In this document: piece by piece, positions 19,276 to 28,872 of the stretch
How the letters are laid out: each line of letters starts with the position of its first letter
How positions within the stretch are numbered: position 1 is the stretch's first letter
Assembly: GCA_965242965.1 (NCBI GenBank)
Contig: OZ251518.1
Location: 160,001-224,000 of the forward strand
Direction of reading: 5' to 3'
Source of the DNA: Candidatus Poribacteria bacterium
GTDB taxonomy: Bacteria > Poribacteria > WGA-4E > WGA-3G
Length of the DNA: 64,000 nucleotides
The notes under the pieces: model-generated
Told to the model about the DNA's origin: nothing
Database searches by the model: none
The model's input: only the letters and a program-made list of their open reading frames with translations
Translations under genes and position numbers: made by a program

Positions 19276-21237
19276 CTACTTTTGCAAGCGCGGATGCAAT
19301 CTACGGACATTGCCGTCCCGAATCGTGATGTTATCGCCATCGCACGCCTCTAAAAAAGGCACGGCATATTTCCTTGAAGTTTGCGCCAACTCGCGGAATT
19401 CTGCCACTGTCATCACCTCGTTTTTACGCAGGTAGTCGGTTAATAAGCGGACCGTTTCGTCAAAAACCTGTTTGTGAACGAAGAACTTATCGTCGATTTT
19501 GACGAACCGCCCCAATTTTACCAACGCGAAAAAGGTGGATTCAATGACGCGCGGTGTTTGATGGACAGACATGTCTGAAAGTTGCGTCAGCACTTCTTTC
19601 AACGTCGGTGTATTAATGCCAGCCTTGAGAAATAGCTGCTCCAATTTCTCCTTCGCGTTCTCCTCTTCTTCAGAGAACTGAATTTCGTGGGATGCCAACC
19701 GGAGTAGGTTTCCCTCTTTTACGAGATGCGCCTCTGCAATGAGTGCTTCTGTCAATTTCTCAAAGCCGAGTTTATCAAGCGCGAGTTGCCTGCAGAGTTG
19801 CGAGGCGTTCTGCCCGGCGAGGAGCGGCTGCGCCTCATGAAATGCCGCTAAGGCATCGCGAATCCGCTGTTTCGCTTCGGTGGCGCGCGCAGCATCCGAG
19901 ACAAGTGGGGTTCGGCTTGACGTATCCCATCGAACGATTTTCCCCTCACTCTCCAATGTCTTCAAGATTGCCGTTACGTCCTGCTGCGACTGCGGTAGAT
20001 AGTAATAGAGGACCGACTCTGGCACGCACAGCGTTGCTGTCTGCGCCAAGACAGCGTTCACCACTTGCGCATCGTCTGCCTCTTCCCATGCCGCCAGCGT
20101 GGCGACGGTTTCTTCGGTGAACCGCTTATGCTTCGGCGCGAACGGGTTAAGCACCAAGCCGCCGCCTACCGTATGTTGCCCAGAGAAATCGCGTAAAATG
20201 AGCCTATCCCCCCGGAACGTTAAGATAGGACGTTCTAAACGGAGTTGCACTTGAACGGCATCGCCGGGCAGAAGTGCCTCGTCCACGAGGAGAATCAGCC
20301 GGCAGAAGACTTCGCAGGTACCGAGGTAAGCGCGGAGCCGCGTCCAATGCTCCAAAATCCGAGGAAAAGAGGATAACACCTGCAAGGAGATGTCAAGGTT
20401 GTCTGTCACCTGCGAAAACGCTAGGGGACAAAGGACATCGCCTCGCTGGAGTTCCTGCGCCGAGGTACCGGACAGGTTCAACGCTGTCCGTTGTCCTGCC
20501 TCCGCCACCGTAGCAGGTTCATTATGCACCTGAATGCCGCGCACCCGCACGGTGTCACCGCGCGGAAGAAGCACCATCCGTTGCTCACGGTTGATAGAAC
20601 CGCCGATAAGCGTGCCGGTGACGACAACGCCGAAGCCCTGTATCGTGAAGACTCTGTCGACATACAGCCTCGGAATTCCATCGCCACTGCCGCCGCGTTC
20701 TCTTTTCAAGGAAACCTGCGTCACAATAGTCTGCTTCAACAACGCAATGCCTGCTCCCGTGATAGACGAAACGCTCACGGTAGGGATGCCTTCAAGTGTC
20801 GTGCCGACAAGCATTTCTTGCGTCATTTCCGTGGCCTCTGCCAACTCGCTTGGAGCCGCCAGGTCGGATTTCGTCATGACGAGGATGCCGTTTGAAATGC
20901 CGAGTAAATCCAAAATGGCGAGATGCTCAAGGGTTTGTTCTTGCACGCCTTCCTTCGCATCCACGACAAACAGCACCAGATCCATGCCGTAGGCACCGGA
21001 TAGCATATTCCTGATGAATTTTTCGTGCCCTGGCACATCGACAATCCCGGCGCGCGAACCGTCTGGCAAGTCAAAATAGGCGAAACCTAACTCAATAGAG
21101 AGTCCGCGTTCGCGCTCCTCTTTGAGCCGGTCCGTCTCAATGCCGGTGAGTGTGCCGACAAGCGCGGTTTTCCCGTGGTCTACGTGCCCAGCCGTTCCGA
21201 TGATGAGGTGTCTTCTGTCTTGATGCATAGGGTTCAC
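19276..21237 (-). CDS. selB: Selenocysteine-specific elongation factor
   Basis: GTAGHVDHGKT, DVPGHEKF, C-terminal winged helix with TSRKYAVPFLE. Confidence 0.96.
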   Translation of the reverse strand: MNPMHQDRRHLIIGTAGHVDHGKTALVGTLTGIETDRLKEERERGLSIELGFAYFDLPDGSRAGIVDVPGHEKFIRNMLSGAYGMDLVLFVVDAKEGVQEQTLEHLAILDLLGISNGILVMTKSDLAAPSELAEATEMTQEMLVGTTLEGIPTVSVSSITGAGIALLKQTIVTQVSLKRERGGSGDGIPRLYVDRVFTIQGFGVVVTGTLIGGSINREQRMVLLPRGDTVRVRGIQVHNEPATVAEAGQRTALNLSGTSAQELQRGDVLCPLAFSQVTDNLDISLQVLSSFPRILEHWTRLRAYLGTCEVFCRLILLVDEALLPGDAVQVQLRLERPILTFRGDRLILRDFSGQHTVGGGLVLNPFAPKHKRFTEETVATLAAWEEADDAQVVNAVLAQTATLCVPESVLYYYLPQSQQDVTAILKTLESEGKIVRWDTSSRTPLVSDAARATEAKQRIRDALAAFHEAQPLLAGQNASQLCRQLALDKLGFEKLTEALIAEAHLVKEGNLLRLASHEIQFSEEEENAKEKLEQLFLKAGINTPTLKEVLTQLSDMSVHQTPRVIESTFFALVKLGRFVKIDDKFFVHKQVFDETVRLLTDYLRKNEVMTVAEFRELAQTSRKYAVPFLEACDGDNITIRDGNVRRLHPRLQK

Positions 21238-22019
21238 TCAGCACCGCCATCTTCTGCATGGATGAGTTTGCCGATGCGGTTGAAACGCACGTTGCCCACC
21301 ATTTTCCACACTTCCCACGGCTTCACCGGGCGATTTGCGAAGGACCAGTATATCATGAACGCTTGTCCTTTGATGTCCTCTACGTCCACTGGCCCCCACG
21401 TGCGGCTGTCGCTACTCTGGTCTCGGTTATCACCCATGGCGAACACGCTTCCCGCCGGCACGGTGAACGGTTTTCCATCGGGGAACTTCCGCCGAAACTG
21501 GCTTGATGTCAGGGTATAGTCCGCGAACGCCTCGTCATCAGGTAAATACGCGGGCTGCCGAAACGGTGGGAAATCGGAACCGCGCATGAAGTGCGAATGG
21601 AACGCGACATGCTTGGCGTACCCGCTGTCCTCAATCGGCTTGCCGTTGACATAGAGCTCCTTCCCGCGCGTCTCCACCGTATCCCCCGCGACGGCGACAA
21701 TACGCTTGATAAAATTGCGTTCCCTGTCGTGCGGCGGGATGAAGACGAACACATCGCCGCGCGCGGGCTTGTGGAAATCAAACACTTTGATGTCTGTCCC
21801 CGGCACTTTTATCCCGTAGATAAACTTGCACACCAGAATCCTGTCTCCGATGAGCAGCGTGTCCTCCATTGAACCTGATGGAATCTTAAACGCCTCCACC
21901 ACAAACGGACGGATAAACCCGAAAACGAGGATGAGCGCGACGACGATGACTTGGGTGTATTCCCAGATGACGGTTTGGCGGAATTTCTGCCACGGTGATA
22001 ACTGTGTATCGGTATTCAT
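21234..22019 (-). CDS. lepB: Signal peptidase I (copy 1)
   Basis: IPSGSMEDTL, FIKRIV, MGDNRDQSSDSR. Confidence 0.93.
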   Translation of the reverse strand: MNTDTQLSPWQKFRQTVIWEYTQVIVVALILVFGFIRPFVVEAFKIPSGSMEDTLLIGDRILVCKFIYGIKVPGTDIKVFDFHKPARGDVFVFIPPHDRERNFIKRIVAVAGDTVETRGKELYVNGKPIEDSGYAKHVAFHSHFMRGSDFPPFRQPAYLPDDEAFADYTLTSSQFRRKFPDGKPFTVPAGSVFAMGDNRDQSSDSRTWGPVDVEDIKGQAFMIYWSFANRPVKPWEVWKMVGNVRFNRIGKLIHAEDGGAE

Positions 22020-22048
22020 TCAAAAAGCCTCTCTCTAAATCAGTTTCC

Positions 22049-22804
22049 TCAACGAATCAACTTGCCGATGCGGTTGAATCGGACGGTGCCTACCCATTTC
22101 CAGAACTCCCAGAGGTGCGCCGGGCATGATGAAAAGACTATCATGAACGCTTGTCCTTTGATGTCCTCTACATCCACTGGCCCCCACGCGCGACTATCGC
22201 TACTCATATCCCGATTATCGCCCATGGCGAACACCATTCCTTCCGGCACAGTAAACGGCTTTCCCTCTGGAAATTTTCGCCGAAATTGACTTGTCGTCAA
22301 CGTGTAGTCGGCAAATGTCTCGTCATCGGGCAAATATGCTGGGCGACGGAACGGCGGAAAATCCGCATCGCCGAAACGTAAACTCCGCGCAACATGTTTG
22401 GTATATCCGCTATCGTCAACTGCTTCGCCGTTGACATAGAGCGTTTCGCCGCGCGTCTCCACCGTATCGCCGGTGACAGCGACGATGCGTTTAATGAAAT
22501 GGTGCTCCCTGTCGTGCGGCGGGAGAAAAACGAATACATCGCCGCGCGCCGGTTCGTGGAAATCGAGCACCTTGATGTCCGTCCCTGGCACCTTTATCCC
22601 GTAGATAAACTTGCACACCAAAACCTGGTCTCCGATGAGCAGCGTATCTTCCATAGAACCCGATGAAATCCGATACGCCTCTACGGCAAACGGGCGAATT
22701 AAGCCGAAGACGAGGATGAGCGAAACGACGATAGGTTTGGTGTGTTCCCATGCAAACACGTGGCGGATTTTCCGCAGTGGAGATAAGTAGGTGTCTTTGT
22801 TCAT
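22049..22804 (-). CDS. lepB: Signal peptidase I (copy 2, tandem paralog)
   Basis: ISSGSMEDTL, FIKRIV, MGDNRDMSSDSR; start MNKDT by alignment to copy 1. Confidence 0.9.
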   Translation of the reverse strand: MNKDTYLSPLRKIRHVFAWEHTKPIVVSLILVFGLIRPFAVEAYRISSGSMEDTLLIGDQVLVCKFIYGIKVPGTDIKVLDFHEPARGDVFVFLPPHDREHHFIKRIVAVTGDTVETRGETLYVNGEAVDDSGYTKHVARSLRFGDADFPPFRRPAYLPDDETFADYTLTTSQFRRKFPEGKPFTVPEGMVFAMGDNRDMSSDSRAWGPVDVEDIKGQAFMIVFSSCPAHLWEFWKWVGTVRFNRIGKLIR

Positions 22805-23021
22805 GAATTTTATTTTCCTCGGGCGGCGTGGCTGCGCCCATCTTTTTAATTTACCTGAATTCCTTTTTATTTTCAAGCGAAAAATGCCGAACGATTTCGT
22901 TCTCGGAGGAGCTGCGAAGGACAGATTGACATATCTTCCTTCGCAACCCCAAGAATAGGCGGATAGAGACAGCCGCCTTTACCATCGAAAGAGACGAAAT
23001 GCCTCTGCAAAAAACCGGCGA

Positions 23022-24827
23022 CTATTCGTCAATCTCTAACATCGCCGTAAACGCCTCTTGCGGGACATCCACGCTGCCGATCTGCTTCAGCCGTTTTTTG
23101 CCTGCTTTTTGGCGTTCCAGTAACTTGCGTTTGCGCGTAATATCGCCGCCGTAGCACTTCGCCGTGACGTTCTTCCGCAGCGGCCGCACCGTCTCACGCG
23201 CGATAATCTTGTTGCCAATCGCCGCCTGAATCGGCACTTCAAACATCTGCTGAGGAATGAGCTCCTTCAACTTGCCGACTAAAGTCTTGCCTCGCGCATC
23301 CGCTGTCTCGCGCGGCAAAATGGTGGAAAACGCATCGACAGGTTTGCCGTTGAGCAGTAGATCGAGTTTCACTAGATTCGCCGGTTTGTAGTCACCGATG
23401 TCATACTCTAGCGAACCGTATCCACGTGTGAGCGACTTGAGTTTCGGATAGAAATCAGTCAACATCTCGCCGAGGGGCAGTTCGTAAAGCAGTTGCACCC
23501 GCTGGGCATCCAACTGATTCATCCGTTTATAGACACCGCGCCGTTTTTGGCAAAGTTCCATCGCATTGCCGATGTATTCGCGCGGCACGATGATGTCAAT
23601 ATTGACATGCGGCTCCTCGATTCGTTCGATGTGTTGCAGTTCTGGGAGATGCGCAGGATTGTCAACGTCAATAGACTCGCCGGATTTCAGGTAGACGCGA
23701 TACATGACACTCGGCGCAGTCCGCACCAGAGCCAGTCCGAATTCACGCTCAAGCCGTTCGTGGATAATCTCCATGTGCAGCAGTCCCAAGAACCCGCACC
23801 GGAACCCAAATCCAAGTGCGACAGAGGTTTCCGGTTCAAAGTTAAATGATGCATCGTTAAGCCGAAGTTTATCCAATGCCTCCCGTAGCGCGTGGAACTG
23901 ATTCGTGTCGGCGGGGTAAAGTCCGCTGAACACGAGTGGTTTCATTTCGCGGTATCCGGGGAGCGGTGTCGATGTCGGATTCGCGTGATGCGTAATGGTA
24001 TCGCCGATCTTCGCCTTGTCAATCTCTCGTATCCCGGCGATGATGTAACCGACTGCACCGGTGTCCAAGGCTGTAGTCCGTTGCATTTGCGGCGTAAAGA
24101 TACCCACCTCTTCCACTTCATAGGCGCGGTGCGTCTTCATGAGCCGAATTTTCTGTCCCGGCGCAACATTTCCGTCAAAAATGCGGGTATACATGATGAC
24201 CCCGCGATAGTTGTCGTAGACAGAATCGAGGACGAGAGCCTTCAGGGATGATTCGGTTTCGCCCTGCGGTGGCGGGATGCGAGCTACGATAGCGTCTAAG
24301 ATAGCCGGAATGCCGATTCCTGCCTTCGCACTGGCGAGGAGCGCGTCGTCTCCAGGAATGCCGACGACTTCCTCAATTTGCTGTCTGATTTCGTCGGGCC
24401 GTGCGGCAGGCAAATCGATTTTATTGATAACCGGGATAATCTCCAGGTCATTATCAATTGCGAGGTAGGCGTTCGCCAAGGTTTGTGCCTCAACGCCTTG
24501 CGCCGCGTCAACGATTAAAATCGCGCCTTCGCAGGCGGCGAGGCTTCGCGATACCTCGTAGGTAAAATCGACGTGTCCGGGCGTATCAATCAGGTTGAGC
24601 TCGTATTGCTGTCCATCGGTGGTATAATGGAGTTTTGCGGCGGTAGCCTTAATGGTAATGCCGCGCTCCCGTTCGAGTTCCATCAAATCGAGGACCTGGT
24701 CGCGCATTTCGCGTTCGGCGAGAGTGTTCGTGTGCTCTAGGAGCCGGTCGCTTAGTGTGCTTTTCCCGTGGTCGATGTGCCCGAGGATGCAGAAGTTTCG
24801 GATGTTTTTCAGTTGCTGTTTTGACAT
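23022..24827 (-). CDS. lepA: Elongation factor 4
   Basis: [35 protein letters not shown]. Confidence 0.98.
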   Translation of the reverse strand: MSKQQLKNIRNFCILGHIDHGKSTLSDRLLEHTNTLAEREMRDQVLDLMELERERGITIKATAAKLHYTTDGQQYELNLIDTPGHVDFTYEVSRSLAACEGAILIVDAAQGVEAQTLANAYLAIDNDLEIIPVINKIDLPAARPDEIRQQIEEVVGIPGDDALLASAKAGIGIPAILDAIVARIPPPQGETESSLKALVLDSVYDNYRGVIMYTRIFDGNVAPGQKIRLMKTHRAYEVEEVGIFTPQMQRTTALDTGAVGYIIAGIREIDKAKIGDTITHHANPTSTPLPGYREMKPLVFSGLYPADTNQFHALREALDKLRLNDASFNFEPETSVALGFGFRCGFLGLLHMEIIHERLEREFGLALVRTAPSVMYRVYLKSGESIDVDNPAHLPELQHIERIEEPHVNIDIIVPREYIGNAMELCQKRRGVYKRMNQLDAQRVQLLYELPLGEMLTDFYPKLKSLTRGYGSLEYDIGDYKPANLVKLDLLLNGKPVDAFSTILPRETADARGKTLVGKLKELIPQQMFEVPIQAAIGNKIIARETVRPLRKNVTAKCYGGDITRKRKLLERQKAGKKRLKQIGSVDVPQEAFTAMLEIDE

Positions 24828-24886
24828 AGTTTAAACATTTTAACACAATTTCGTTAGATTTGCCAGAAAAAACGTAAAACCGTGCA

Positions 24887-25562
24887 TTAATCGATTTCGC
24901 CTGCCTGCTGCAAAGCATCATTAATAATAGCGTCTCCGAGATACATGCCGTTATCACGTAGTTGCATTAAAAGTGAGCGTGTTTCATATTTCGATGTGTT
25001 CAGTAGGAGAGACCTCGGGGCCCGATTCGATCTCCGGTAGGAGAGCCCTCCTGGTCTTGATTTTACCGTAGCGCGGGGGTCCTCGGATGCTATACGCGCA
25101 TCCGAGAGGGTTTCCCCCGCGTTGTGCATCGTCAAAAGGTGGCGTTTTAGGTCCTTTAGGTCCTACATGTCTATAGCAGCACGTGTCAGCCCGTTTTCAG
25201 GATTCTTCGCAGACGCGCCGGCTATAGACATTAAGGTCCTACGGACCTAAGAGACGTTTTTCCGCAGCGCGAGGCATGGCGAGGGAAACCCGCTCGCATG
25301 CGCGTGTGGCATCCGAGGGCCCTCGCCCTACGATGAAGGGGAGGCGGCCTCCACACCCGTAGCGCGGGGGCCTGTCCCCCGCGATCGTTGGGTAACCCGG
25401 AGCACGGCGAGGGACAGGCCCTCGCCCTACGATGAAGCGGGGGCTTTCAACTTCCTCAGGAATCAATACTTTTGTATAGAGTTCCCGTAACAGAGCGAGA
25501 TGGCCGAGTTGCCAGAGCGCGACAAGTGGGCTATTGTTGATAATTACTGGCTTTTCGGGCAT
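24887..25562 (-). pseudogene. DUF3368-family PIN-domain toxin, middle replaced by repeat element
   Basis: N-terminus MPEKPVIINNSPLVALWQLGHLALLRELYTKVLIPEEV (25562-25450) and C-terminus LLMQLRDNGMYLGDAIINDALQQAGE (24974-24887) separated by about 470 bp of REP mosaic. Confidence 0.75.
24975..25445. mobile_element. Element with a single TIR (copy J) and REP mosaic
   Basis: GAGCGTGTTTCATATTTCGATGTG left end, matching copy E; no right TIR seen. Confidence 0.65.
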
Positions 25563-26943
25563 TTGCAACATCCTCTGCAAGTTCTTCTGCCGTCAGGCGA
25601 ATAATGGAGAGGCCATAATCCCCCATAACGAACATAAATTCGGAACGTGACATTCCAGCGAGTCGTGCCGAAAGCCCAGTGCTGAGCTCGCAGGTGTCAT
25701 AGGCTTTCAGTGCCAATTTCAGACGGAGCTCCCTTTGCTGTTTCCTAAAAGCGACATTTAACCGGCTATGCTCTGTGAGAGACGTGGTGCCTGTAAGTTG
25801 TGCCTGCAAGAGGCAGTGCAGTTCTTCGTCGGAGATACCATCGCCCTTGATAACCTCAAGTGCCTTTCCGGGGGTTAACATCGCGACGATGTGTTCCGGC
25901 ATTTGGGTGCCGACTCTTTTCTCAAAATCGGCGATGCTTTCGTATCGGGTATGAAACAACGCGCGGATGTCCACCCCTAGGAGTGCCGCGACAGTCCAGT
26001 CAGCTTTGACTTTCGTCCAATCTCCGACTTCACACCACGCGACACCACACTGCCCATACGCCACTCCTGCATCTGCATCCAGTTGAATCGCTCTGTGGAA
26101 ATCTTCGGTAGCCTTGTAAATCTCACCTTGGTTGAGGTAAGCACTACCCCGCTCGGTATAAACCGCCGCGAGTGCGGGATTTGAACCTAACCCAGGCTGA
26201 TAGTTTTGGAGGGTGTAAATTTCCTTGCCGCGCTGCCGATAAACGGTGTCACGCTGGTAATGCTCCCCGACATAATTCGGGGACAATTGAAGCACCCTCT
26301 GAGCGTCTTCAAGTGCCTGCTCATAGTTATCTTTGACGTAGTAGTGGTGACTGCGATGATAATATGCATCGGCATTATTGGGATTCAACTGAATCGCCTT
26401 GTTATAGTCTGCGCCTGCAAGGTGTGTATCCCCGCTCCGGCGATGAGCGAGCCCCCGGATGTAGTAAGCATCGGCATCATCGGGACATAAATGTATGGCC
26501 CTGTCGTAACTGGCGATGGCGAGTTTATGTGTCCCTTTCCGTGCGTAAGCGATGCCGCGATTGAGAAAGGCTTCGGCGAGCCCCCGGTTGCATCGTATCG
26601 CCGTGTTATATTGAGCCATGGCCTCGTCAATTTTGCCTCTCTGTCCGTGAGCAACACCGAGATTGACATACGCTCTAGCGTAACCGGGTTCAAGGCGTAT
26701 CGCCGTGTTAAAGTCTTCAAGTGCCTCGTCAAACTTGCGGATATTTTCGTAAGCCACCCCGCGGTTGTTATAGATTCTAGCGTCGCGCGGATTTGAGGCG
26801 ATTGCCCGCGAATATGCCGCTATCGCCTCTTGGGGTTTCCCTTCCATCATTAAGGCGTTTCCTTGTTCAAACGCCGCCGATTCAACAACGGAGAGGGAAG
26901 GTAACGCGCTTGTAGTCTGTATTTCAGTTGATGATATTCCCAT
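25531..26943 (-). CDS. TPR-repeat protein with C-terminal UPF0175-like antitoxin domain
   Basis: About 8 TPRs (AY.NRG.AY...); C-terminal LKLALKAYDTCELSTGLSARLAGMSRSEFMFVMGDYG...EELAEDV. Confidence 0.75.
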   Translation of the reverse strand: MGISSTEIQTTSALPSLSVVESAAFEQGNALMMEGKPQEAIAAYSRAIASNPRDARIYNNRGVAYENIRKFDEALEDFNTAIRLEPGYARAYVNLGVAHGQRGKIDEAMAQYNTAIRCNRGLAEAFLNRGIAYARKGTHKLAIASYDRAIHLCPDDADAYYIRGLAHRRSGDTHLAGADYNKAIQLNPNNADAYYHRSHHYYVKDNYEQALEDAQRVLQLSPNYVGEHYQRDTVYRQRGKEIYTLQNYQPGLGSNPALAAVYTERGSAYLNQGEIYKATEDFHRAIQLDADAGVAYGQCGVAWCEVGDWTKVKADWTVAALLGVDIRALFHTRYESIADFEKRVGTQMPEHIVAMLTPGKALEVIKGDGISDEELHCLLQAQLTGTTSLTEHSRLNVAFRKQQRELRLKLALKAYDTCELSTGLSARLAGMSRSEFMFVMGDYGLSIIRLTAEELAEDVANARKASNYQQ

Positions 26944-27011
26944 GATTTTCCTCGCTAATCATTAGGTGGGCGCGGGACAGGGTTCCCCTTGTCCCACGCG
27001 TAGTGCTACCA

Positions 27012-27620
27012 CTAAAGCGGCTTAACCTTAATATTCCGGCACCAGATCTTCCCACCGTGGTCTTGGATGCCGATATGTCCGCGACGCGGAAAATCTTTGA
27101 GCGCAATACCGAACTTATTCCGGCTGCCATCCGGATTCTGGTGCGGCGTATCCCATAAATCCAAATCCGCGCGCACGATTTCCTCGCCGTTGAGCTCCAC
27201 CGCTACGATGCTCTCATCACACGTAATGCACATCGTGTTCCATTCGCCTGCCGGTTTGCAGGTATTTCGCGTCGGCGCGAGAGCGTCGTAGAGCGCGCCG
27301 CAGTCGTGGTTACTCGTCGGCGACTTGCCGTGCGTGTCTAAAATCTGGATTTCAAGGCCCGACTGAACCGCATCCTCCAAATCTGCCCAACGCACGAAGA
27401 TGCCGCTGTTCACGTTCGGCTCGGTTTTGTAATCCAAAACCAAGACGAAATTGTCAAATTGCGCCTCCGTATAGAGGTATTTTCCGCCTTGCACGGTGCA
27501 GAGGATGCTGCCATCCTCAATCACCCAACCATTGACATCGCCGGTGGCTCCCCAACCGGTTAACGTCTCCCCATCAAATAGGGATATCCAGCCATCAGTT
27601 TGTTGTTTCGCTGTTGCCAT
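27012..27620 (-). CDS. DUF1080 (3-keto-disaccharide hydrolase family) protein
   Basis: WISLFDG.TL.GW, NSGIF, EIQILD, GEWN, GHIGIQDHG, RNIKVK. Confidence 0.9.
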   Translation of the reverse strand: MATAKQQTDGWISLFDGETLTGWGATGDVNGWVIEDGSILCTVQGGKYLYTEAQFDNFVLVLDYKTEPNVNSGIFVRWADLEDAVQSGLEIQILDTHGKSPTSNHDCGALYDALAPTRNTCKPAGEWNTMCITCDESIVAVELNGEEIVRADLDLWDTPHQNPDGSRNKFGIALKDFPRRGHIGIQDHGGKIWCRNIKVKPL

Positions 27621-27690
27621 TTTCTCTCCTTTTTGGTTTGGTGGCGGATCTAGTAGTCCGCCGTTACATTTCTGGTAGGCGCGGTTTTTC

Positions 27691-28809
27691 TCATGAAAGA
27701 CTCGCTAAAAAAAGCCGCCCCACATCAACGTTATCGTCAAAATCTGTTGCCGCCCAAGGGCTGTTATAGCCGATGACCGGCACGTAACTTTCGTGACGTG
27801 AACCGTGTGAACGGACAGAGACAGGTTCCTCCACCACGTCTAATTCGCCGAAGACGGTATCTTTATCCGCCAACACGAAGATGTCGCCGATGCGTTCACG
27901 ATGGAGCCGGAACTCTCGCGCAGCCTCTTCGGTGGGATAAACTTCTTCAACGCCGTGCGCTTGCAGGAGCATCTGCACAGCGCGCTCGGTATCCGAACGG
28001 TTTTCAAGGAAAATATAGGCGGCACCGCCTAAGTTACTGTGGTGTGCAACATACCGGTCTTTGATAATCGGGATGGCACTTGCAGGGACACCGTGTTGCG
28101 TCAACCATCGGCCCGGGTCTAGTGCCGTCGTCTTCGGCAACATCCCGTGGTCTGCCGTGATATAAATCTCGCGTTCTGGGTTATCATCAACGATGTCCCC
28201 AATGATGCTGTCCAGCACCGCGAGATGCAGCTGAGATAACTCAGCCTCCGGCGGGTAAGCGTGTTGCACCCAATCGGTTGTCGTGCAGTAAACCAGTTCT
28301 ACGTCGTGCTTTCGCAAGGTATGCCGCACTGCACGCAGCAGCCACCAATTGATTTCAACCGAGTAGATAGGTTCAACGGGGCCAGCGATTTCAATGAATT
28401 CCGGCGGTGGTGCTTCAGCGGCGACAGCGATATCCGCGCCTGCGCAGAGCATCCGCAACAACTTTTTCTTGGTGACAAAGAGCGCGGTTTTCTCGGCGAA
28501 CCCGGCGGCTTTGGCAACTTCAAACAGCGTTGGCGCGGACAGAAAACGTCCATCTGTGCATAAATCCTCAATAAACGTTCCGACACCGGTTTCCCTATCC
28601 ACGTAGTAATTCGTAGTGATGCCGTGTGTTTCTGGAAACGTTCCCGTCGCGATGCTAACGTTGTTGACGTTCGTCACGGATGGGATAACGGCATTAGCGT
28701 GCCGATAGAACCCGGCTTCCGCCAATTTTCGGATGTTAGGAATGTCGCTCGCCGCGAGGTAGTCGTGACTTCCTGCGTCAATGCAGAGAATGAGAATTTT
28801 CCGTTTCAT
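27691..28809 (-). CDS. Alkaline-phosphatase superfamily, phosphonoacetate hydrolase-like
   Basis: ILCIDA, PSVTNVNNVSIATG, TTDWVQH, ITADHGM, RSHG. Confidence 0.75.
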   Translation of the reverse strand: MKRKILILCIDAGSHDYLAASDIPNIRKLAEAGFYRHANAVIPSVTNVNNVSIATGTFPETHGITTNYYVDRETGVGTFIEDLCTDGRFLSAPTLFEVAKAAGFAEKTALFVTKKKLLRMLCAGADIAVAAEAPPPEFIEIAGPVEPIYSVEINWWLLRAVRHTLRKHDVELVYCTTTDWVQHAYPPEAELSQLHLAVLDSIIGDIVDDNPEREIYITADHGMLPKTTALDPGRWLTQHGVPASAIPIIKDRYVAHHSNLGGAAYIFLENRSDTERAVQMLLQAHGVEEVYPTEEAAREFRLHRERIGDIFVLADKDTVFGELDVVEEPVSVRSHGSRHESYVPVIGYNSPWAATDFDDNVDVGRLFLASLS

Positions 28810-28872
28810 GCTGATGTGCTCCTGCTTGCAAGAAATTATAGCATATCCGCGGCGAAATTGCGAAAATAAATT

